Below, one piece after another: positions 24,501-39,500 of a stretch of DNA of 64,000 bases. Source of the DNA: Antedon mediterranea. Taxonomy: Eukaryota > Animalia > Echinodermata. How positions within the stretch are numbered: position 1 is the first letter of the stretch; each line of letters opens with the position of its first letter. The stretch lies in contig NC_092676.1 of the NCBI RefSeq assembly GCF_964355755.1, positions 4,813,888-4,877,887 of the forward strand. The letters are read 5' to 3'. The position numbers and the translations under genes were made by a program. The notes beneath the pieces are model-generated. The model was not told the DNA's origin. It searched no databases and was given only the letters and a program-made list of their open reading frames with translations.

Positions 24501-27500
24501 CTTACAGATCATACTGAGTAATGTTTTAATTTTACAATCATTTGGGAAAAATAACTCTTCATTTAAACATACTAGCAAAATGTTAAGATATCTGTCGCGC
24601 CTTGTCTCTAGAATGCCCGCTTTGAATGAATGAAGTGACATGGCTTCTACATAAAGTTGGGTAATGAGTTCCTAAAGATATTTTATATAATTATTTAGAA
24701 AAATATATTACATTTTTAATAAAACGTTGAAGTAGGATATGACCAAGAAAGATTGGCAATTTTTAATTGGATAATAAACCAAATTGTGTCATGTTTAAAA
24801 TGTCAGCTTATTTCCAAGGACCTAAATGGCATGGAACAAGTTGATCCCCCCCTCCCATATAAATCCTGTGTGGTGTCCTGGGTGTGCTAACCATGAAGAT
24901 GTATCCTCATTTTTCATAATCCAAACACTGTTTTGAGCATAGTATAAAGCACTTTCTACACTATCAAACTTTATGTGACAAAAAATGTGATGTGCCCATG
25001 GACACGATGATGTCACATCACTACCATATTTGGGCATATCACCACCATATTTATTCACATCACTACCATTATTTGTTCACATCAATACCATATTAAGATT
25101 AATTCAGCATCTTATTCCTTCATTTTAAGCTGGTAGCAACTACCATGTGAAGACTACTGGATATGATTATTATGTGAATGTATGCGAAAATGCTTGTGAT
25201 AGTAAACCAGACGCAGGTGTCTGCCAGCTTGCTACACCTGATGTTGATGCTGTCGAGAAAAATGCTGGAAGCTTTGGCAACAACCTTCAAACACTGAGGT
25301 ATATGCAGACTTTAATTATATTAATATCCTGGATTTATATAGCGCCTAATGTTGTAAAACCTCTAAGCGCTGTACATAAACTAATACGAAAAAAGGAATT
25401 CCAACAATGGCAAAAAAAAAAAAAATCGTGGTAAGGGGATACGCCCTCGTAGCTAACCAGGGATTGGTCTAATTGAACCCCGGTCAGCACCAGTTATGTC
25501 TCGGTCATCCCGCTTATTTTCTCCAAAATATTTTTTACGTGATGATGTATAAATTTCTTTAATTTAGGCTCTACCACTAGGCAACTATAAGAACATGCAT
25601 TTTCACAAAACAGGTTCCGTCCTCGTATCTGGAAAGCTTAGCTTATATCCATATTTCACTATAAAATGCAGATGCCAGAGATTGTATTTAGCGTCCTCTG
25701 TAGTTTGATGTACTTTTTAAAACTTTTTATAGGGCCCTCTCTCTTGTTTGACTCTACTTTCTAAATTCTCACATCCAACAAACACTTTGGTATCTAATTG
25801 TGTGCAGAATATCATTTCCCTCAATATCTGCATAGTGTTGCATCACGTTATTATTAATTAGAAAAGTTCCTTGTTTTCCATTCCCAAGTAAATAAGCATG
25901 TAAATTAACTAAGTTTCTTTTATTTAGTTATGTAGATGGGGAGCTGTCTCTCACATACAAAGGAGGGAATAAGTGTTCAAGCGGATTTGAGAGAACATCT
26001 GTGATTACATTTAAATGCAATGTAACTGCAGGTTAGTGTTGTATGAGCAACAGTACATTAGACAATTACATATTTCAGCATCTGATTCCTTCAGAATACA
26101 GAAAAATCTTCTTTCCCTATTAAGGAGATACTTTCCTGTGAAAGACTGAAGCTCTGTCTACACTATCAAACTTTATGTGACAACAAAAAAAGTGATATCA
26201 TATCACTACCGTATTTGGGTATATCACCGCCATATTTAGGCACAGCACACTGTTTTTGTCTAGTTTGATAGTGTGAATATTGTTCACTTTCCTGTGAAAC
26301 AAACAATGCTTGTTAAATTTGTTAAAAACTTTCCTGTGAAACAAATGATGGTCAATATATTTGTTAAAACTATGTCTGCCCCTATTAAGTGGTCACTTTC
26401 TTTATTAAAACTATGTCTAACCCCCACGCAGCTACCACTCTAAAATAATATGTACTTTATGCTTTATAACGTTGTACTTCGTTTTTATATTTCGCTAGAT
26501 GTTGGCTCACCAACATTCATCACAGAGACTTCGTGCACGTACTTCTTTGAATGGCATACACGGTATGCCTGTCACGAGCACCCTACGTGTCAGGTTACCG
26601 TGGGAAAGAAACGATACGACCTTGGCTTACTTGATCAGGAAGGTAAAAATTGGGTCGCTCTGAACAGTGACGAGGTGGAGAGCGGTACGTTTATTCTGAA
26701 CGTGTGTGACAAAATTGTACGAGACGAGACGAAAAATGTGGGGTCAACAAAATGTGGAACAGAAGACTCTGCCTGCTATATTGGTAAAATAATTAATATT
26801 CAAATAACAGCTGATTCTCAATAATGTATTTTTGTCCTGTATCATAAGGAAATTTGTGATTCAGCATCACATGTGCATCCCATGTGATGATGGGACCCTA
26901 ACCAAACCATAACCATAGAATATGGTAAAATGATGCTTTAGGTAGTTTAATGGTTTAATGGTTTTAAATTTATATAGCACAAAATACAAATAGTCTCTAT
27001 GCGCTGTTTAGCACAAGTGTGAAAATGAAAATGTTGATGTAAAATAAACCACGAAAATAGCCTAAGAAAACCGAATAAATTGACCAAGACAACAGAAAAA
27101 AAATCTCACATCATCACACTATTTCACTAACTTGTCAAGACAAGCTAGCTATTTATTCACAAGTGTCATAGTGATGTGAGCATCTGACTGTCCTGCCTAA
27201 CAAACAATAAAATGTATAAGGTAGTGGCACTGATGTATTGACTGTCAAAAATCATGGTACTATGACTGAACCAGGATTTGAACCAAGGACCCTTGCATTA
27301 TTTCACTAAATGCTGTAATTATACTGAAACAATAATAATAGTTACTTCTTATATAGTGCATGTAAGCAGGCTATCTCCCCAAGACATAAATTGAAGTAAA
27401 ACAAGAAATGACAAAGTTGTTAGATAAATGACAAAGTTTGTTTAGAAAAGGAAATAAGTTTTTAATGTTTAGTAAATGATTTTACACACAAAAGTTTTTT

Positions 27501-30500
27501 TTTCTGAAGAGGGTTCTGATGTGAAGGACATTGGTGTGTTTAAATCATCACCTGTATTTGAGGACAATCATCTGACATTGAAATATACCAAAGGTGGACC
27601 ATGTGACAACAAGAAACAGATCTCAACTATCATTACTTTTTCCTGTAGCCCAGGTAATATTTGTTTGTTATTTCATATGCATCCAGCTGTGAGTAAAATT
27701 CCAATTACAGGATGGATAAACTATTTTATAATTTATTTTGCTTATAAATTAAGTCTCATTTGAGGCTTAGGAGGTGGAGTTGAAAAAGTTGTGAGTCACA
27801 ACCCTGGCACTAAGTCAGGATTGAACCCTGGACCTTGGGATTGGAAGGCAAGCATGTTAACCACCAAGCAACAGCTCCACTACAAATTAATGTCTTATTT
27901 CATTTATTGCTGTTTTTGTTTTTAAATATAAATGAAGTTTATAAACCCCTTCTTGAAACTTTAGAAAGTTCAGAAATTGGGCATGGATTTTCCAGAGTAT
28001 AATTTGTGATTAAACTGAGTATGTAGGTTTTTTAGATATGAGGTCAAAGGTTGAGGTTTGTTCATGCTCTCTAAAAGAAATATGCTGTTCTTTTAATACA
28101 ACTGTCCTAAAGCAGATTTTTTTCTGTCCTAAAGGTTTTTTCTACTATGTAAAATACATCCTGGGGAAGCATGCCCCCACACCTCCCCCTACATTTTGAA
28201 ATTCAATAGGATTATTATAATTAATTTAATTTCACAATTTGTAGGCCCGGATCCCCTTATTTGAAAATCTTCCACTATTTCCATTGGTTCTGTACAACAA
28301 AGTAAAAATGTAATTGTCTCCCAGGTCCCCTGATTATAATTTTTCTTTCAATTATGTTTTATTGTTCAACATGTACATTCTTTAAATTTTATTTGATTTA
28401 AGGTGACCTAGAGAGTGCTCCTGTTTTTACCCGTAAATCCAGTGACGGTTGTATGTATGAATTTGAATGGCGTACAGCAGCAGCCTGCCCTCAAGAAGAA
28501 GCGATAAAAAGTCACAGTTGTACAGCTTATGATGATGAAAGAGGTAATCTATTGTTTGAACCGATTTCTGTATCACCCATATCATGAGTTGATTGGGAAG
28601 AATATTTTCAACAAATGAAAATCTCCTCCCCATTCAACGAATATACAAGATATATTAATATATTTGTTTTATAACACCCATTGTTCTACCTAAAGCCGCT
28701 GTTACCATCTTTTATCACTGTGCCATTCAAAAAGTCAGAGTTTCAATGTCAATAGTCTGTGCACACTATAAGATGCCATTAAATAGAACCGTTAAATGGA
28801 ACGTTTACCATGCAATAGAACTAATAATGAATGGCACACATAGGGTGTATTATAATGTGGCATTATTTTTCAAATCTATTAATTCCAGGATCTCATTTTG
28901 ATAATAAAATATCGTCATTATGTTTATCGCAAATAGCTTGATTTCGCGAGGAACGTCATTTCACAATGCATGAGAAGAGTTTGGGAGCATATGTCACAAC
29001 ATGTCCGTACAAACAACAACTCATGTATGTACGCATAGTGATAGAAAGAGACCACAACCAGAGAGAGCCCAACAAACAATAAGAAGAATTGATGTCACAA
29101 AAGCGAAAGCTTAAGAAGACTCTAACAACAAATGAACAAATGAATGAATAGTGATGTTTGCTCCCATTCTCTTCCCACAATGCATCACACACACTATTTG
29201 CGATATGCACAAATCTCTAAGCGCAATCAGAACATTTGTCAATAGCAGTATATGATAATTCTGCTAAAATGTGTAGCAGTATACAGTACTTAAATCTTGA
29301 TTTCATTAGGTTTGATCTTTGACCTGACCCCGTTACAAGGTCAAGAGTATACAGCAAAAGTGAATAGCACTGAATATAACTACTATATTGGTGTTTGTGA
29401 ACGTCTTACACAATATTGTATTGGCAGTGATACTGGAGCTTGTCAATTTAAAAATGAAGAGTATGTATATTTTTAATTATTTATCTTATTTAAAAAAAAA
29501 TAAAAGTCATTTACAAAGGAAAATATCAATTTTAAACATCTTGATTTGAAATATATATATATTTTTAATGTAATAATTCAGTTTACAACTATAAAGCAAA
29601 TGTTTTTTTTTTGTTAGTTCATACAGTAGAATCCCTCTGAGCTCTGCTGGGGACACCCCTCACACCTATTAAGGGCCACCTTTCCATGCAATGGGCAAAA
29701 TATGTATTAATGCTACGGCCAACTCCTATTCAGAGATTGGATCTCGAAGATATCCCTTTGGGGCTATAACTCTACTTTTTCAATCCATAATTAATTGATT
29801 CCACGCTACACATCAATTATGTATACATTTAAAGAATATTTTTAAATTTTTTTTTAGTAAAACATCGCACATCACTGGTAAAATAAACTCTAATACTACG
29901 TTAGAATATTACAATGGTGTGTTGAAGTTGACATATTTCAATGGCGACCCTTATCATGCAGTAGATGGTGAACCGAGGGAGTATAGAAGGGTAAGCTACT
30001 GCAAGAAAAAATCAGTGTTCAATTTAGAAAGATTATTGTTAAGCCCTATTTAATAAAAATTCATTTACAAAGGAAAATATCAGTTTGAAACATCTTAATG
30101 TGAAAAGAATGTCAGAACAAGTGAGTGGCCGAGCGGTTAAGACAGTGAAACCGTAATTACGTAGCCATAACATCGGGTTCAAGGCTTACTCGCTTCATTG
30201 TTCTGATGGTAGAACAATTCTTCTCGGATAAGGACTATAAACCATAGGTCCAGTGTACACATCTGCCTCATGGTTCACTTTAAAGAAGATAGTACATCTT
30301 TCGAGACGAGTAGGGGGTTACCCCAGTGTACTAGTACACACACAGCCACTGATCATAACTGGGGCCTCTGGGAGACCAGTCTTTGACTGAAGAGGTTCGC
30401 TCAGTATAAATAAATAATAAACAATTATTTTTGGAAAAAATCATTTCAAAATTACACTTTTAATCAATCTCATTATTTTTGTTTATTTTATAAACCAGTT

Positions 30501-33500
30501 AATTTTAAATTTCTCTTTTTGTAGACTGAAATTGTGTTCATATGTGATCATAGCCAAGCTGATTCCTCTCCTGAATACGTATCGGAAAATAATCATTCTT
30601 ACTTTTTTGAATGGTCCACTATGTACGCCTGTCCTCAAAAACCAGTTGAGTGCATAGTCCGTAAAGGGAGTCAGCAATATGACTTATCAAGGTAAAGTAA
30701 CTTGGAAGGCAGACTTAAGCTCCTATCTGATCAGTGACGTAACAGCTCAAGAGCATATAGGGCCCCATGCGCACTTGTTCCCAGAGAAAGAAACACATTA
30801 AAATATGAAAAAGGCTAAAACAACGGCCGTGGCCTTCAGCGTTGGGGGCCACTTAAGGTTCCTAAACATGAGGGCTAATGTCTTTGTTACTCCCTGTATC
30901 CGAGATTAACAAGTCCTCTGAAATTACGATTATGTGTGCGCTAAAATATCTGGTCAAATTTATCTTGTAAGTAGACGCCTACCGCAAATTAAACAAATAC
31001 TTTATTCCAATTCAAGCTTCTTTGCTTGATTGGTGGTTAAAATATATTGATAAATTGGAAGGCAGACATAAACTTTTTTCTGAGATTGAGAGGCCCTCAG
31101 AAATATCGACAATATGTACACTAAAATGTCTAAATCAGCCTGTGAATTAGGGAAATACGTTACAACCAAAGTTGTTCCTCATGATTGGATAACATATTTC
31201 TCTTTTTCTTTTTAATTTGGTTAGCTTATCCGGTTCCGATGCACTTGATGATGACAATTGGTCAATTATTGATGACAGTATTGAAGGCCACCAGTATAAA
31301 TATTATTTACACGTGTGTAAGCCCCTAAAGCCTGTAGCTGGCTGTGATGTCATCGCATCATCTTGTATGACAGAGATTGTTGATGGTAAAGTAAGTACTG
31401 TATGTTGTTAAAACATACAAAATATTTGGGTGCCGTCCATAATATGACTCCGGTAAATTTGAATAAAGTGCCGCCTAGGACTTGTAGTAACTTGGCCGCC
31501 TAGGACTAGCATAACGTAGAGCGAGTGAGGACTTAAAAAACTGCTATTTATCAAAATTGACCTGGCATTTTAGTAATTTACTTTCAATAAATTATTTAGA
31601 ATTATTTATATTTAGGAATCATTCTTAATTCAATGCAAAATGTGCTAAATAGATCACAAACTACTCGTTTTGTAGTTACGAATATAACTGGTGACTGGTC
31701 GCTTTAAGAATATGAAATTGGGATCACCTCAAAAGTTTCACAAACGTGTGACGTATGCGTTTCCTTTATCGTATTCATAAGGTTGTGAAACCTCTCTATT
31801 AATAACCAAGGTTCAACTGAATGTTTACACTAGTACCCTTTTAGTTAAATTTACAGTTTTATGAAAGCGTTTTCTAATTTTCTCCTTATTAGGAAGTTCA
31901 AGTTCACGGTAATCTAGGCGTTTCCAAAACCTCTCCAGTAATTGAGAGCGTCGGTCATGTGAAACTTACCTACAGCAATGGAGATAGTTGTGACAATGGC
32001 AAAGTTTCAGAGACACGTATTCATTTCATATGTGAAAAAGGAGCCTTAGTAAGTGTTATTAAGCTCTGTCTACACTAGCAAACTTTATGTCACATGAAGA
32101 TGTCACATCACTACTATATTTCGGAATATCACTACCATATTTGGGCATCACACTTTTTTTGTCAAACTAGTTTGATAGTGTAGACAAAGCTTTAGGACTC
32201 TGACACGCTGTGGATGAATTATAATGATACTTTACATATATAAAATAATAATATATATAATAATGTAATGTACCTTCATGATTGTTTACCAATCATAATG
32301 TTCTTGTTTTCAATCCTGGATGTTTTGCCCAAGACTTACTTAAGCCTCACACAAAAGCATGAAATTTGTTTTCCTTCCTGTATTTCGTAAGCCATGCACT
32401 TGATGATTTTAGATGCGAGTTCAAATGTTACAAAAATCGCAAAATGATGTGTATTTATTTTGTGCAGGCTACAAGTCCAAGACTGCTCGAGAAGATTGAT
32501 GGATGTGATTATATCTTTGAGTGGAAGACAGAAGCTGCCTGCTCTATTGAGACCTCGTCTGGTAAGGACTGTACAGTACGAGATGTCAACTCTGGATACA
32601 TCTTCAACCTTAGCCCTCTCAAGCTAAAGGGAGCTTATTCCATCAGCAATCAATCAATCAGCAATGGTGACAGTATATTCAAGGTACAAACACAATTGAA
32701 TAATCATATTTCTTATGTAAGGGCGTGTGGCGCAGTGTGTTGGATGTTCGACTAGTGATCGTGAGATCGAGGTTCAAATCCAACTCTCGCCACATTGCTT
32801 GTATCCTTAGGCAAGATACTTTACTTATGTTTGCCTTTCTCCACCGAGGTGTATAAATGGGAACCTGGTTAGATCAAGACACAACTTTGTGCTGATTACT
32901 AGCTGCATTATGGGAGTATGTTTCCATAGGTCTTTGATCAAAAAAAATTACTGAGATAATAATGTTCAGCGCTTAGAGGTTTCACAACATTAGGTGCTAT
33001 ATAAATCCAGGATATCCAGTATACTATTTCTCCATTATTCTCAAAATAAATGTCACTGTCTAGAATCTTAATATAATTTAATATACTGTACAAAGTAAGG
33101 GACTATATTGCAATTATTCTAGTGCTATTTGTTTTAAGGTAAAAGATCATGTATACGGTAGTTTATACTACTGCAGGTACTGCAGTAAACTCTCTTTAAA
33201 CTTTTTAGGAGTATTGCATACTGTGTATTGCAGTGACTGCCTCATAAACTTGAAATAAACTTAAACTCATAATTATTGAGGTAAACAAATGTTGTTACTG
33301 CAGTAATTGCAGTATAGTAGTTTTGACATGGTCCCAAATTTAAGCACATTTAAGGGTAGACTTATAGGATTTGAGAAGCTGTTGATTGTATCAATAGAAT
33401 TTGCTGGCAAAAACAGATAGTTCCTCATCTTCTAAAGCTCTGTCACACTATCAAACTTTATGTGACAAAAAAATGCCCATTATGGACATGATGATGTCAT

Positions 33501-36500
33501 ATCACTACTATATTTGGGCATATCACTACCATATTTGGGCACATCACACTTTTGTTATCATACTAGTTTGCTAGTGTAGAATGAGCTTAAGTATCCCTGT
33601 TGCCAGTTGCAGCCAGTCATTTTCTTGTGTCTGTGATAGCAACTATATGACCAGTACCCAGGTTTATTTCCCTCATTCTTGTTTGAAAGATGCAGTGAGT
33701 ACACACTGAACTGATCGTCCTTGGAAAACATTTATTCTTCCATTGATACCATGGAATGAGTGCCTCAAACCCATTCTAATATTAAAATTACAGATTTACT
33801 GCACTAAACTATACTAAAGCTCTGTCTACACTATAAAACTGTATGCGACAAAAAAATGTTATGTGTCCATATATGGACATGATGATGTCATATCACTATT
33901 ATATTTGGGCATATCACTACCGTATTTGGGCACATCACACTTTTTTTGTCATTGTAGACAGAGCTTAAGTATCCCTGTTTGTTGTATCAATAGAACTTGC
34001 TGGGCAAAAACAGATAGTTGCTCCTCTTCTAAAGCTCATCACACTATCAAACTTTATGCGACAAAAAAATGTGATGTGCTCATATATGGACATAATGATG
34101 TCATATCACTACTGTATTTGGGCATATCACATCATATCACACTTTTTTTGTCAAACTAGTTTGATAGTGTGGACAGAGCTTAACAATTGTGATTATAATA
34201 TATTTCTTCCAGATTAACATATGTGGTGCTGTTCCAAGTGGTAATTGTAATGGTGTTACTGATGCTGGAGCGTGCCAAATAGATGGAAATAGTATTAAGG
34301 TCCTAGGTCGGACATCATCTAACCTTACCTTTACTGATGATGGCCATTTATCATTGGTTTATGATATGCCATTTGAAGCAGAAACTGGTATGAAAATAAT
34401 GTCTTCCTTTAAATTCATCTTTTCTTATATTATGTAATTTAATGACAAAAAGAGAGATCGACGTTTCGGTACCATCTCTCTTTTTGTCATTAAATTTTAT
34501 ATTGAAATTATATAGTAAACGTCTTTTAATTCTTATATTATGGTATCTTTATTTCAAACATATAAAAATACATTTGCAGCCAAAGGCTCAATTGCTGCAT
34601 CTTATTACAATAGAGTTACAATAAAATTGCGATATTTTATATCAAAATGACATCAAACGTTAACATTTATGTATAAAAAGACCATCAAATTCTATAAAAA
34701 AAAACCAACATAGAAAATATTATATAATCAAAACAATGTACAAATTACATCAAAGGTTCAATTTAAAACAACAAAAAACCATGAAAATAAAAAAATACAC
34801 AATCTGAGAAGGCAAAGAAAACCACAGTTTAAAGTAAAACTTTGACCCACGGGCCAGTTACTCCATCTCAGAGAATGAAATTTAAAAAATATTTATACAT
34901 AAAAATACTAAAAAATCATTTAAAATTACAATATAGTCTTTCGGATATTTACAAAAAAAAAAAAAATTGCTTACAATTTTACAGTTAAGAAAATACAAAT
35001 ATATAAAAAAAGATAGCCTCTGTGTCTGTCTGCAAGTAACTATTAAATGAAGGATGTTTTTATATAATAAATAACAAACGTAGCCCAAAGGAATAATTAG
35101 TCAATCTTTCTCATCCTGTTAAGCTATTTGGTGGCTAATTTCAAAAGTTCTAGTAATGGCCAAATAGAGCCTCTTTTGACCTTAAATTAAAGATTCATTT
35201 TTACTTTTAAAAGAGGAAACTTTATATATTACTTTTTTCATTGCATAACACAGCCTCTGTTTGATAAAGAACATACTACTTATTATGTAAAGTGCTTTAA
35301 AGTTAATAAACCTAGAGATGGATTATTTTAACTACTGGCTACTTCAACACCCTAATCTAGTTTAAAGCTCTGTCTACACTATCAAATTTTATATGACAAC
35401 AAAGTGTGATATATGGACATGATAATGTCATATCACTACCATATTTGAGCATATCACTACCATATTCGAGCATCACTACCATATTCAACAACATTATTTT
35501 ACAGGTAATCGTAATTCTACTGTGGAAATTACCTTCCTTTGTCGTCATGAAGTTTCTGGTAATCATCATGATTTGACGTTTCTGCGGAAAGACGACAACA
35601 AATGGCTCTTCAACTTTGAGACTCCTTACGCGTGTCTACCACAAGCCGTTGACTGCTTGATATCCGACAGTCATGGTAATGAGTACAACCTCACACCACT
35701 TTCCAAGGAAGATGGCAACTGGGAAGTGGTGGACACTAGAGATGAAAGCAGCGATTTGCGATATCATATCAATGTTTGTCGCCCTCTAAACAACGATAAT
35801 GGCTACAATTGCCCAGGTAATAAATCTATTGTTGGTGTTTTTTATATTTAAACGAACACAGTTAATCGATTTTATTAGATTTTAAATTTTTCATAAAAAT
35901 GTATTGATCAAATAAGGACTACTGTAAAGTTCAAAGGGCAAAGGTCAAGTACAACATCTTAAGTGTTACAATTTAAATTTGGTAGGTAGTGCCATTGGGT
36001 CATGCCAGACATCTACCAAAGGTGGTTTACCCCATAGTCTTGGATACAACCATCCATTTCTAAAAGTTAAAGGGCAAAGGTCAAGTGCTTTACCATCTTA
36101 ATTGTTTAAATTTGACACCCTTATTTGTAGGTGGTGCCATTGGGTCATGTCAGACATCTACCAAAGGTGGTTCACCGCGTAGTCTTGGATACATCCAGTC
36201 CATGCCGGAAGCAGCACCAGATGGCAGTATCAGTATACAGTACGAGAATGGAGATGTCTGCAAAGATGGCATTCGATACAGCACAAGAATTATTTTTGAA
36301 TGTTCTGATCGTCCAGTAAGTTTTTTTTTTTTATGTTATATTCAATAACATATTTCTTCATTTTTTTTCCTATTCTTTCCCATAAAGAAGGGGGCTATAC
36401 TGTCCATTTTAACACGGGCCAATCAGTGACACCCCTATCAAGGATACATTTTGATGAGTCCCTGTATTTTAAACTATTTGAATCCAAGAGAAACAGGTGT

Positions 36501-39500
36501 AGTACAGTAGAAAGAAATCTGCTCAAAAAAAAACACAAAAAAAACGCCACAAAATCAGTTGGTATAAATAATATCGCTAAATATTATTACATTTATAGAA
36601 GTTTTTGACTGAAATTCAGTTTGATAATAAGTATATCTAGATTTAAAATATAAACATTTAGAAATGATAATTTAATGTTACTTTTCTTCAATTTTGAAAT
36701 TTCTAACCAAGAAAATTTTTTTTAAATATTCTTTTAGGGATCACCAGTCTTGCAAGTTGTCAGCAATGGTTGTGAATATGTTTTTTCATGGCAAACTCCA
36801 GCAGCCTGTCCATTGAAGGTAATTGTGTTATATATTATTATTATTATATATTATTATTACATATTTAATTATTTGAAAAATGTGCTCGGTAATTATGAAT
36901 TAGGATAAAGAAAATGTGGTTAAAAAATATAAAGCTCTGTCTATACTATCAAACTAGTTTGACAAAAATGTGTGTGATGTGCCCAATAGTTTATGATGTC
37001 ATCGTGTCCATATATGAGCACATCATATTTTGTTGCCACAAATAGTGTAAACAGAGCTCTACGCATGTTTTTATGAGGGTATTGTGAGCCAATATATACT
37101 GTATACAGTATACATTTTTGCTGTTACTGTTTTGTGAGAGCTTATAAGAAAAGATGACTAACTTTATATAACATAAGATAACACTGGAGCTGAAGCTCTG
37201 TCCACACTATCAAACTAGTTTGACAACATAAGTTTTATTCAACTGTGTTTTACAAAGGTATCTCTAACAACTGTACTAAAAAATAGTATATTTTATAAAG
37301 CCTTGTCTACACTATCAAACTTAATGTGTCAAAAAATGTGATGAGCCCATTTATGCTGGTGATATTAGTAAATATGTGATGTGACATCATCATGTCCATA
37401 TATAAGGCACATCGTATTTTTTTTCTCACATGGAGTTTGATAGTGTAGACAAGGCTTTATAGTTGAAAATCAATTTGATTTATTTAATCATTATCAACGA
37501 AGATTTACAATATACCACAGAAAGAAAATAAAATAAACTGAATCGAATTTCTTTAATTTTGTTTAGACCGACACTGGATCTAACTGTGTAGTACAGGATC
37601 CTGAACTTGGGTTCCAGTTTAACCTCTCCTCACTCCACAACCCTAAAGATGACTACGTAGTTACGTCTGGAGAGTATGAGTACCGCATTAATCCTTGTGG
37701 CAACCTAGTGAACCCTTCTGGTAGTTGCAACAAGCCGGGAGTCGGAGCATGTCAGTCTAAAGACTCTGGGTCGGCAGCAGATTCATTCCAAAAAGTTGCA
37801 GGTAATCATTTTCTTTGTGATATACTGCAACCCTGTGTAAAGAATGGAACATTCCGCTATAATAATACAATTTTGTACTTAAATGTCTTTTTAAAAATAT
37901 TTTTCAAATAAAGTTATTGTTTATTCAGTTATATTGGTGCATTTTATAGTTAGTGGTCACTAGACTTTAACAAGATAACTATTTTAGATCGATTGTTTGT
38001 GAAATTATGTGTAGCTCACTTTCTTTCTTTGGAAAACCAGCCAGGGCCGTAGCCAGCATGAGGCAGAAGAGGTGCTTTAATTTTCACTACCAAGCCCAAT
38101 TCCCTAGCAGAGATCGTCATATTTCATATTAATGATTGTATTTAAAGCATCTTTGCCATGTCTGTTTTTAACCTCTCGCTATGGCATTGCCAGCTCAAGT
38201 GTGCACAGAATAGTTCACTATAACTACATATTACTATTTACAATTTGTTTATGTTTATAGGAATGGGAAATACAAAGTTAGTATATGAAGGCGGCCATTT
38301 TAAACTGAACTACACCGACGGAGAAGCATGTCATAAGAAAGTCTACAAAAGATCTACTGCTTTTATATTTTATTGTGATAAGCAGGTAAAAGGTGAGAAA
38401 GTTTGCCCTTTTATATTCTTCAAACCACACAACCTATGCTCATTTGTTTTGCTTCACAACCAGGTCATAGGTCATTGAGAGATCTTTGAAGACCATAAGT
38501 ATAGTCTGTACTGTACTACAGTAGCATATTTGGTTGATACCATGAATTCACTAGATGACTAAACTAGATGGTGCCCATCCATTGACCGGTGTAACCACTA
38601 GTGCCATTGAATGAACAACTCATGAATATGCATATGTTAATGAGCTACAGTATACTTATTTACCATTATTGAATTTTATGAATATGCACAATATGCTAAT
38701 TTATCAATCAGGAATATTCACAATATGTTAGTAAGCTATAATTATTTAACATTTATCATTAAACAATTTCATGAATATTCACAATATGTTAATGACCTAT
38801 ACTTATTTCAACTGTTCATTTACCATTAATCAATTTCATGAATATTCACAATATGTTAATGAGCTATACTTATTTCAACTGTTCATTTATTATTATTCAA
38901 TTTTATGAATATTCACCATATGTTAATGAGCTATACTTATTTCCACTTTTCATTTATCATTATTCAATTGAATATTTACAATATGTTAATAAGCTATATT
39001 TATTTTAACTTTTCATTTATTATTAATCAATTTCATGAGTATTCACAATATGTTAATGAGCTATACTTATTTTAACTTTTCATTTCATGAATATGCACAA
39101 TATTCAAGTGAGTATACCCATTTCATCTTTCCAATTATCATTGTACAATTATTGGACATCTGTAATTACAGGAGCGGGGGAACCAAAGTTCATCAACGAG
39201 ACAAGTGACTGCACATACGTGTTTGAGTGGGCCACGTCACTGGCTTGCCCACCGTTCGAACTAGTAGAATGTAGTTATCGTAACTCGCAAGGAACTCAGT
39301 TTGATTTGTCGTCTTTGACGCATACTAAAGATAACTATAAGGTCATGCCGTTTTATCAGACAACAGCGAAACCAGATATATTCTACATAAATATCTGTCG
39401 GCCTCTAGTACACTCTCATAATGTTGAAGGTATGAATATCAAATTATTGTAATAGTCATGGTCTACATTTAATGTTTTTTAAGTTTATATTTCTTTGGGT

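Noticed and set aside
30119-30200. tRNA genes at SINE heads (also 32720 and 27800)
   Set aside because: A and B boxes are present but there is no complete cloverleaf, and each continues into a SINE body.
38386-38392. Alternative donor at 38386 (CAG|GTAAAA)
   Set aside because: Phase 0 is incompatible with the next exon (phase 1); the donor at 38393 keeps the frame.
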